From the NCBI RefSeq assembly GCF_018398935.1, contig NZ_CP074694.1:4080001-4112000 (forward strand): DNA of 32,000 nt. Reading direction: 5' to 3'. The notes below the pieces were generated by a model, which ran no database searches, was not told the DNA's origin, and was given only the letters and a program-made list of their open reading frames with translations. Origin of the DNA: Telmatocola sphagniphila. GTDB taxonomy: Bacteria > Planctomycetota > Planctomycetia > Gemmatales > Gemmataceae. The position numbers and the translations under genes were made by a program. Of the stretch, positions 23,851-30,665 are shown one piece after another. Every line of letters starts with the position of its first letter. The stretch's first letter is position 1.

Positions 23851-24888
23851 ATGAAACGGTTTCTCTCCAACCGTCGGTCGGGTTTCACCCTGATCGAGCT
23901 TCTCGTCGTGATCGCAATTATTGCGATACTCATCGGCCTGTTGTTACCGGCCGTCCAAAAAGTCCGTGAAGCGGCTGCACGTATGAAATCTGCCAACAAT
24001 CTGAAGCAGATTGGTCTGGCACTTCACAATGCCCATGATTCTTTGGGTGCATTTCCTCCAGTTTCGGCTGGATGGTGGGCATCGTACTCGTCCGCACAGG
24101 GCGGCTATGGTGGACCTAACCCATACACCGGGCCGTATGCCCCCTTGGCCCAGCCTGGTGCCGTTTCCTACTACGAAATCACTTTCTTTTCTTGCTTGCT
24201 TCCTTACCTGGAGCAGGGGCCACTCTATGCTAAGAGCGGTCAGCCTTCGAACGTGTACAGTTGGGTGACCGGTCCAGCAGATATCGTGCTCGGTCAGAAA
24301 CTGAACGTTCTGTTGTCACCGACCGATTACAGTGTCGCCAACACCGTTACCGCCAATTGGAGTTGGGTGAATAGTAACAATCCAGTGCCCGTCGGCCTCA
24401 CTAGCTACGCACCGAGCTACCGCGTCTTCGCCAAGAATCCCAAAGCCTACGTTTGGAACATTTGGGACGGTAGCGGTGGCGGCCAACGAACGATTGCCGG
24501 AGTTAGCGATGGTTTGTCCAATACCATTTTTGTCGCGGAAAAGATGATGATTTGCGGTGCCAGCCAGCCCAACAACTTGAACGGTAATCCTTTCGTGTCC
24601 GCCTGGGGTACCGATCAGGATGTCAACAGCACGCCTTGGTTTGCCGGTATCTCTACCCAATGGCCAGTCAGTAACTGGAGTGACAACAACGGCTACTGGG
24701 AAGTTCCGCAGGCTCAACCCGCTCCCGCCAACTGCTCCTACTGGCGTCCAACGGCCCTGACGGCCAGCGGTTGCCAATGCCTATTGGGCGATGGTAGCGT
24801 TCGAAATGTTAGCACCAATATTTCTTACCAGACCTGGAGTGCCGCGATTACTCCCGATGGTGGAGAAATTCTGGGTTCCGATTGGTAA
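23851..24888 (+). CDS. DUF1559 protein with prepilin-type N-terminal cleavage/methylation domain (paralog of 19880-20902)
   Basis: AAGAGG lies upstream of the ATG. The N-terminus is [60 protein letters not shown]. The C-terminal block is [14 protein letters not shown]. Confidence 0.9.
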   Translation: MKRFLSNRRSGFTLIELLVVIAIIAILIGLLLPAVQKVREAAARMKSANNLKQIGLALHNAHDSLGAFPPVSAGWWASYSSAQGGYGGPNPYTGPYAPLAQPGAVSYYEITFFSCLLPYLEQGPLYAKSGQPSNVYSWVTGPADIVLGQKLNVLLSPTDYSVANTVTANWSWVNSNNPVPVGLTSYAPSYRVFAKNPKAYVWNIWDGSGGGQRTIAGVSDGLSNTIFVAEKMMICGASQPNNLNGNPFVSAWGTDQDVNSTPWFAGISTQWPVSNWSDNNGYWEVPQAQPAPANCSYWRPTALTASGCQCLLGDGSVRNVSTNISYQTWSAAITPDGGEILGSDW

Positions 24889-24916
24889 GCGTTAATTTTG
24901 ATTAAATATTTTTGAC

Positions 24917-24950
24917 CCTCGGCGAACGCTCCGCCGAGGTTTCTTGTTTA
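24917..24950 (+). terminator. Rho-independent terminator after the second DUF1559 gene
   Basis: CCTCGGCG-AACGCTC-CGCCGAGG forms a perfect 8-bp GC-rich stem with a 7-nt loop, followed by TTTCTTGTTTAT. Confidence 0.7.
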
Positions 24951-24978
24951 TATATTCCCACCTCTGGAGCAACATGCC

Positions 24979-25467
24979 ATGAGATTACGTCTAATCCCCC
25001 CTGCACTCTTACTCGCAATTCTATTCGTCACTGAAGGCTGCGGTCCCCGACTCGATCCGGGTACGGGCATCGAAATCAAAGGATCCGTCACCTTGGACGG
25101 AAAGCCCATCACGATTGGCCAAGTGATGGCATTCCCCTTTACCGGCATCCAGGTAAGCGGCAATGCTCAGAGCACGAGGATCAATGCCGATGGAACATAC
25201 TCCCTGGGAAATGTGCCGGCCGGCTTCCTGCGAATAGTGGTAAAAACCACTCCCTTTAAGGGTAGTGCAATGGCGCTTGGTAAAAAGAACGCCAACCCGA
25301 CAAAGGGTGTTGGAGCGCCTACGATGGAAGGAACCTTCATCGATGCTCCGGCGATCTACGAGGATCCCGAGAAAACTCCTCTGAATCTCGAAGCCAAGGG
25401 AAGAGGGGTAATCACCTATGACATTGAAATGAAGTCGAATGCGGCCTCCGGCGACGCTAAAAAATAA
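24979..25467 (+). CDS. Small secreted protein or lipoprotein with a carboxypeptidase-regulatory-like beta-sandwich signature
   Basis: GGAG lies 9 nt upstream of the ATG. The signal peptide MRLRLIPPALLLAILFVTEGC ends in a Cys, an imperfect lipobox. Next comes IKGSVTLDGKPITIGQVMAFP...DGTYSLGNVPAG, typical of the small proteins that follow DUF1559 genes in Planctomycetota. Confidence 0.7.
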   Translation: MRLRLIPPALLLAILFVTEGCGPRLDPGTGIEIKGSVTLDGKPITIGQVMAFPFTGIQVSGNAQSTRINADGTYSLGNVPAGFLRIVVKTTPFKGSAMALGKKNANPTKGVGAPTMEGTFIDAPAIYEDPEKTPLNLEAKGRGVITYDIEMKSNAASGDAKK

Positions 25468-25492
25468 AATCCCCGCCGAAGATTAGGTTTCT

Positions 25493-25536
25493 AAAAAACT
25501 GAAAGTCGCAACTCCCACTTGGGTAATTGCGACTTT
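25493..25536 (-). terminator. Rho-independent terminator closing the minus-strand ArsR-to-MoaD-like cluster (possibly bidirectional)
   Basis: A perfect 10-bp stem, AAAGTCGCAA (25502-25511) pairing with TTGCGACTTT (25527-25536). On the minus strand it lies 17 nt after the MoaD-like stop and is followed, 3 nt later, by T6 (the complement of 25493-25498). Confidence 0.6.
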
Positions 25537-25552
25537 CTTGCATTTAAAAACT

Positions 25553-25849
25553 TCATCCGCCAGCAATAGCTCCGAGAATCCAGAAAGGTTCTTTACCACT
25601 CAAAATGTCCGCGGGTAGCTTATACTCGAAAGGTTCGTGTGATATATCTTCCTCGCACGCAAAAAATCGCAACATGGGTCGACGGCGTTTAGTAACATGA
25701 TCGCGGATCGTCCCGAGTAAAACGGGATAGCGGGCTTCCAGTGCATTCAGAACGGAACCGATATCCCCGGCCTCATCGATTTCCAGGCTAATTTCCTCTC
25801 CGACGTTCGCCAGCGTTCTCAAGTGATAGGGCAGAATCACACGGATCAT
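25553..25849 (-). CDS. MoaD/ThiS-family beta-grasp (ubiquitin-like) protein with a C-terminal Gly-Gly
   Basis: A 98-aa protein, [24 protein letters not shown]...[21 protein letters not shown]...[16 protein letters not shown]-stop. The size, the N-terminal beta-strand pattern and the terminal GG fit sulfur-carrier / Ubl proteins. The start overlaps the upstream stop in ATGA. Confidence 0.72.
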   Translation of the reverse strand: MIRVILPYHLRTLANVGEEISLEIDEAGDIGSVLNALEARYPVLLGTIRDHVTKRRRPMLRFFACEEDISHEPFEYKLPADILSGKEPFWILGAIAGG

Positions 25850-26961
25850 AAGATCGTCTGTACCTCCACCGAGAGGACCGCGGGAAGATCCCGAACGATG
25901 GCGGTCCAGTTATCGCCTGAATCGGCCGAGACGTACACCTGCCCGCCTGTGGTGCCGAAGTAGACACCGCAGGAATCGAGGCTATCCACCGCCATGGCAT
26001 CTCGAAGAACGTTGACGTAGCAATTTTCTTGAGGAAGCCCTTGAGTCAAGGCTTCCCATTCATGACCGCCCGTCCTGCTGCGATAGACCTGCAACTTACC
26101 ATCCATGGGGTAATGTTCGGAATCGCTCTTGATGGGAACGATATAAATTGTGTTGGGTTCGTGAGCGTGCACGTCAATGACAAACCCGAAGTCTGTGGGT
26201 AGATTGCCGCTGACACGCGTCCAGTTATCGCCGGCATCATCGGATCGCATGATGTCCCAGTGTTTCTGCATGAACAGGACGTTGGGGCGTTTCGGGTTCA
26301 TGGCCACATGGTGCACGCAATGGCCAACTTCCGCCGTCGGATCGGGTATGTATTTGGAATGGAGTCCCTTGTTGATGGGCTTCCAACTCTGGCCGCCGTC
26401 ATCGGTCCGAAAAGCACCGGCGGCCGAGATGGCAATATAAATGCGCTGGCTATTGGATGGATCCAGCAAGATGGTGTGCAGACACATCCCTCCGGCCCCC
26501 GGCTGCCATTTTGGTCCGGTGCCGTGCTTGCGCAATCCCGACAGTTCTTCCCAGTTCTGCCCGCCATCGTTAGTAACGAATAGAGCGGCATCTTCCGCAC
26601 CGGCGAAAACCTTATTGGGATCGGTTAAGGAAGGCTCCAGATGCCAGATCCGCTTGAACTCCCAAGGATGTGGGGTGCCGTCGTACCACATATGGGTGCC
26701 GGGAATCCCATCGTACACGAATTTGTTTCCCACGGGATTCCAAGTCTTACCGCCATCGTCCGATCTCTGAATCATCTGGCCAAACCAGGAACTGGTCTGG
26801 GACGCATAGATCCGATCGGGATCGGCGGGCGAGCCCTTCATGTGGTAGATTTCCCAACCGCCGAAGTATGGGCCATTCACTTCCCATTTTTTGCGTTCGG
26901 CATCAGAGTTGAGGAGAAAAGCCCCTTTGCGGGTACCAACCAGTACGCGAACATGGCTCAT
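25846..26961 (-). CDS. BNR/Asp-box repeat beta-propeller protein (sialidase-fold / Ycf48-like); no signal peptide
   Basis: Six Asp-box (S/T-x-D-x-G-x-x-W) motifs are present: [48 protein letters not shown]. The N-terminus [20 protein letters not shown] is not a signal peptide. Confidence 0.88.
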   Translation of the reverse strand: MSHVRVLVGTRKGAFLLNSDAERKKWEVNGPYFGGWEIYHMKGSPADPDRIYASQTSSWFGQMIQRSDDGGKTWNPVGNKFVYDGIPGTHMWYDGTPHPWEFKRIWHLEPSLTDPNKVFAGAEDAALFVTNDGGQNWEELSGLRKHGTGPKWQPGAGGMCLHTILLDPSNSQRIYIAISAAGAFRTDDGGQSWKPINKGLHSKYIPDPTAEVGHCVHHVAMNPKRPNVLFMQKHWDIMRSDDAGDNWTRVSGNLPTDFGFVIDVHAHEPNTIYIVPIKSDSEHYPMDGKLQVYRSRTGGHEWEALTQGLPQENCYVNVLRDAMAVDSLDSCGVYFGTTGGQVYVSADSGDNWTAIVRDLPAVLSVEVQTIL

Positions 26962-27003
26962 AGTAGGACTCTGGAGAGGAAGAAATTTACAAAATTTTAT
27001 TTT

Positions 27004-27543
27004 TTATTTTTCGGCAAGTTCCTTGAGGTTCAACAGGCCATTTTCGAAATCGCGCCCCACCATTTTCTCCATGTTAATGAAAACACTCATCACTCGACCC
27101 ATGAACACCATGGGACCTTCCATTCGCCAAGTCATCACAGTCGAATGTTCCGCTTGGGGCTCGAGTTTGAATGTCGTCGTATTATGACTCGGGAATGGCT
27201 TGATGAAATCCAACTTGATGGAGACATATCGTTCCGGCTCCGCATCCAATATTTCCATGCGTCCCTGGCCCGCCTTCTTATTCCCGAGCCATTCGTAAAC
27301 CGCACCTTTTCCCTTCTCCGCCCCGCTAAAAGTGGCCTGCATTTCTGGATCCAGTTTTTCCCACGGCGACCAGCTCTTCCAGTGGTGAAAATCGCTAATG
27401 TACTCGTAAATTTTCGCGGGAGATGCTTGAATATTCTGGCTGCGCTCCACTACGAATTTTTTGGGCTTGGTCAGTGCGAGGCCGATTATCACCAGGAAGA
27501 AAGCGGCTAGAGCGATACCAACATAAATCAGAATCTCCAGCAT
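27004..27543 (-). CDS. Membrane-anchored SRPBCC (START / polyketide-cyclase-like) family protein
   Basis: GGGAG lies upstream of the ATG. The N-terminal TM helix is MLEILIYVGIALAAFFLVIIGLAL. The SRPBCC pattern follows: ASPAKIYEYISDFHHWKSWSPW...GAVYEWLGNKKAGQGRMEI. Confidence 0.8.
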   Translation of the reverse strand: MLEILIYVGIALAAFFLVIIGLALTKPKKFVVERSQNIQASPAKIYEYISDFHHWKSWSPWEKLDPEMQATFSGAEKGKGAVYEWLGNKKAGQGRMEILDAEPERYVSIKLDFIKPFPSHNTTTFKLEPQAEHSTVMTWRMEGPMVFMGRVMSVFINMEKMVGRDFENGLLNLKELAEK

Positions 27544-27590
27544 CGAAATCTCCCAAGGTGGTAAGGAAAAGCGCGACTGATAATATGCTT

Positions 27591-28466
27591 TTATGTCATC
27601 TTGGTCAATTCGGCATTAAGCCTGTCAAAATTCTGTTCATTTGCCGGGACTGCAATACTTCGCAATCGCTGACATTCCTCGAGAGTCTTGAAGGTTTGCC
27701 GGAAGGTCACTTTGGTTTTTCCATTCGACTCTTCAAAGTTAACCATTACTTGAAAATACGGCAGGGAGACATGATCGAATTCAATTTTTTCCGGTTCTAA
27801 AATATCGGTGAAAATAATGTGATTCTGGAAGTTCGCGCCGTTCGGGCCGTGCATGACGAATCGCCAATGCCCCCCTATTCGAAAATCGAATTCTTCAAAT
27901 GTATTCGTAAACCCGTTCGGCCCCCACCAGTGGATGATGTGATCCGGGTCTTTCCAAGCTTCGAAAACCAACTCGCGGGGAAAATCAAAAAATCTGCTGG
28001 ATATCAACTCTCGCCCGGTGGCGAGCACTCCGGAAAGATTTTCCAGGATCATACTCCAGCCTGCTTGAGCGCGATCCTTGAAATTGGCCCACTTCGGCGC
28101 AATCGGATGCGACACGGTCATTTTGCATCCTTCCGGCACGGCCTCGAATAAAACCGTGACAATGGTCGGCTCCGATTCCCGGTCCGTGGAAAACGAGAAC
28201 ACCAGCTTTCGGGGCCGATCTAGTTCCAGGTAGATCCCGAAATGTTCCGCCAGGGTTTCTCCACGCTTCTCGACAATAACCAGCTTACCGCCGGGACGAG
28301 GTTCGGTTTCCACCCGAACCATTTCTCCCTGCGGCGTAGCGAACAGCCATCTTCCCAGGGAACGGGGGTCGAGCCAGGCATCGTACACTTGATCGCAGGA
28401 AGCTTGAAAGATCCTGGAAACTTCCATCAGGGGCTGAACGGCATTCGGTTCATCTTTTTGAGGCAT
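27591..28466 (-). CDS. Tandem AHSA1-type SRPBCC domain protein (two Aha1-like / START-like domains)
   Basis: There are two copies of the AHSA1 pattern. The first is SRIFQASCDQVYDAWLDPRSLGRWL. The second is SRFFDFPRELVFEAWKDPDHIIHWWGPNGFTNT..FDFRIGGHWRFVMHGPNGANFQN. Confidence 0.85.
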   Translation of the reverse strand: MPQKDEPNAVQPLMEVSRIFQASCDQVYDAWLDPRSLGRWLFATPQGEMVRVETEPRPGGKLVIVEKRGETLAEHFGIYLELDRPRKLVFSFSTDRESEPTIVTVLFEAVPEGCKMTVSHPIAPKWANFKDRAQAGWSMILENLSGVLATGRELISSRFFDFPRELVFEAWKDPDHIIHWWGPNGFTNTFEEFDFRIGGHWRFVMHGPNGANFQNHIIFTDILEPEKIEFDHVSLPYFQVMVNFEESNGKTKVTFRQTFKTLEECQRLRSIAVPANEQNFDRLNAELTKMT

Positions 28467-28818
28467 TTTTTTTCTCTTTCTTGCGAGGATTCTTCTGATT
28501 TTGAAGATCCTTCAAATAGGCATCGAGTCGATCGAAGCTTTCTTCCCAGAATCGATGGTAATGTTCGATCCACTCGGCGGCACTCTTCAACGGAGCCGGT
28601 TCGAGTCGGCACGGTCGCGATTGAGCCTCACGCCCCCGACGAATCAGTCCCGCTTTTTCCAGAACTTTCAGATGTTTCGAAACGGCGGGTAGGGTGATTT
28701 CAAAAGGCTCCGCCAGTTCGTTGACGGAACACTCCCCGCTCGACAGCTTCCACAGAATCGCGCGACGCGTGGGATCGGCCAAAGCGGCGAAGACAGCACT
28801 CAAGGGATCGGCGGACAT
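28450..28818 (-). CDS. ArsR/SmtB-family winged-helix transcriptional regulator
   Basis: The sequence AVFAALADPTRRAILWKLSSGECSVNELAEPFEITLPAVSKHLKVLEKAGLIRRGREAQ is a canonical ArsR HTH. The ATG at 28818 is preferred over the TTG at 28824. The 3' end overlaps the next gene by 17 nt. Confidence 0.9.
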   Translation of the reverse strand: MSADPLSAVFAALADPTRRAILWKLSSGECSVNELAEPFEITLPAVSKHLKVLEKAGLIRRGREAQSRPCRLEPAPLKSAAEWIEHYHRFWEESFDRLDAYLKDLQNQKNPRKKEKKNASKR

Positions 28819-28824
28819 GCGCAA

Positions 28825-28856
28825 TTTACCACCAGGTTAATTAACCGATTGGTAAA
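28825..28856. promoter_or_regulatory. Operator-like nested palindrome immediately upstream of the ArsR gene
   Basis: The sequence is TTTACCAcCAGGTTAATTAACCgATTGGTAAA. A perfect 12-bp core palindrome, GGTTAATTAACC, is flanked by the 7-bp inverted arms TTTACCA and TGGTAAA. It lies in the divergent ArsR/amidase intergenic region. Confidence 0.35.
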
Positions 28857-28965
28857 TTAATAATCTGGAGATTCCGGTCAAGTCCGGGATCGCCCGGAAG
28901 CGTGAAGAATACCTACACTAAAGCGCAAGGCTCTCGTTTCCATTTATAATTTTTGAGGTTTATTT

Positions 28966-30663
28966 ATGAATTCAGAAATTGATCCCCCCTCCCTCACCCC
29001 AAGTCGTCGAAGTCTCTTGAAAATTTTGGGCGCGCTCGGAATTGGCTCGCTTCCATTTCAAAGATCGGTCGCCGCTCAAGCTCAACAATCCTCCACCATT
29101 ACCGAAGGGATGATTCAACAGGCCGAATGGATTTCCGGCATTAAACTCGATGAAGCTGCTCGGAAGTCCATCGTCCGAACTGTGAATGGTGAACTCCGCG
29201 CAATTGCCTCGATGCGAGGATTCGAGCTCACGAATGCCCATGCCCCGGCCCTGTCCTTCCAGCCGGAGCCTTGGAAAGTCCCCTCTGAAAAACCGAATCG
29301 CGGGACCGTCGAGATCGGCGAATCGAAGGGAATCAAAAAACCTGCGAGCGAGGAGGAACTGGCTTTTCTACCCGTCACAGCTTTGGGAGAACTGATTCGA
29401 ACGAAACAAGTCACGTCCCTCGAGTTGACCAAACTGTATCTGTCTCGTCTGAAAAAATACGACCCGGCCCTACTGTGTGTAGTCACACTCACCGAGGAGC
29501 TAGCCCTCAAACAGGCGGCCGAAGCCGACAAGGAAATCGCTGCCGGGAAATATCGCGGACCTCTTCACGGCATCCCCTGGGGAGCGAAGGATTTGATTTC
29601 CTACCCTGGCTACAAGACCACCTGGGGAGCCACGCCGTATAAGGAACAACTGCTGAAGACCAAAGCGACTGTGGCCCAACGACTCGACGACGCCGGAGCA
29701 GTGCTGGTGGCCAAATTGACGCTAGGAGCCCTGGCCATGGGGGACCAGTGGTTCGGCGGCATGACCCGCAATCCCTGGAACGTGGAGGTCGGCTCGAGTG
29801 GCTCCTCTGCGGGTTCCGCTTGCGCGGCCGTGGCTGGCTTGGTCGGCTTCGCAATTGGTACGGAAACACTTGGAAGCATCATTTCCCCGAGCACGCGATG
29901 CGGCGCGAGCGGTTTGCGTCCCACCTTCGGACGCGTTAGCCGGGCCGGCTGCATGGCACTCGCCTGGAGTATGGACAAGCTCGGTCCTATCGCACGTTCA
30001 CTGGAAGATTGCGCCTTGATTTTAGGGGTGATCCATGGCGCGGATGGTCTCGACAATTGTGCCGTCGATCGCCCTTTCAACTGGCCGGGTCGGAAAGATC
30101 TCAAGGGAATCAAGGTCGGTTATGCGGAAGGTGCGAAAGAGGTCAAAGATCGAACGGAATTGCAGGTTCTAAAAGAACTCGGCGTGGAATTGATTCCCCT
30201 TTCTTTACCGAACAAAGTGCCGATGGGCATTACCTCGATTATTCTCAATGCCGAATGTGCCTCGGCCTTTGATGATCTGACGCGCAAGGGCGTAACCGAA
30301 GGTTTAAACTCCTGGCCGGAGATTTTCCGCGGCGGTCAGTTCATCTCGGCAGTGGAATATCTGCGAGCCAATCGACTGCGAGCCGTGCTCATGGAAGAAA
30401 TGGCCAAGATCTTCGAAAAAGTGGACATGTACGTCGGTATTCCAGATCTCGGCATCACCAACTTGACCGGTCACCCGACGGCCGTGATGCCCAATGGGTT
30501 CCGAAAGATGAATGAGATCTCGACGCCTACGGCCATCACTTTCACAGGACGGCTGTATGGCGAAAGCGATCTGCTGGCAGTGGCGAGCGCATACCAAAAA
30601 GCGACCGGGCACCACCTGAAGCATCCACCAATGGATAAAGTGGTTGTGAAGGAAAAGAAGTAA
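28966..30663 (+). CDS. Amidase-signature (AS) family amidase with a twin-arginine signal peptide
   Basis: The TAT signal is SRRSLLKILGALGIGSLPFQRSVAAQA. The AS-family blocks are GPLHGIPWGAKDLI (Lys) and GSSGSSAGSACAAVAGLVGFAIGTETLGSIISPS (Ser-cisSer). Confidence 0.9.
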   Translation: MNSEIDPPSLTPSRRSLLKILGALGIGSLPFQRSVAAQAQQSSTITEGMIQQAEWISGIKLDEAARKSIVRTVNGELRAIASMRGFELTNAHAPALSFQPEPWKVPSEKPNRGTVEIGESKGIKKPASEEELAFLPVTALGELIRTKQVTSLELTKLYLSRLKKYDPALLCVVTLTEELALKQAAEADKEIAAGKYRGPLHGIPWGAKDLISYPGYKTTWGATPYKEQLLKTKATVAQRLDDAGAVLVAKLTLGALAMGDQWFGGMTRNPWNVEVGSSGSSAGSACAAVAGLVGFAIGTETLGSIISPSTRCGASGLRPTFGRVSRAGCMALAWSMDKLGPIARSLEDCALILGVIHGADGLDNCAVDRPFNWPGRKDLKGIKVGYAEGAKEVKDRTELQVLKELGVELIPLSLPNKVPMGITSIILNAECASAFDDLTRKGVTEGLNSWPEIFRGGQFISAVEYLRANRLRAVLMEEMAKIFEKVDMYVGIPDLGITNLTGHPTAVMPNGFRKMNEISTPTAITFTGRLYGESDLLAVASAYQKATGHHLKHPPMDKVVVKEKK

Positions 30664-30665
30664 GC

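Noticed and set aside
26641-27510. 289-aa plus-strand ORF spanning the propeller 5' end, the intergenic gap and the SRPBCC gene
   Set aside because: It is antisense to two genes with clear family motifs (Asp boxes, SRPBCC). It crosses an intergenic region without any change of character. The product is His/Phe-rich with no recognisable domain.
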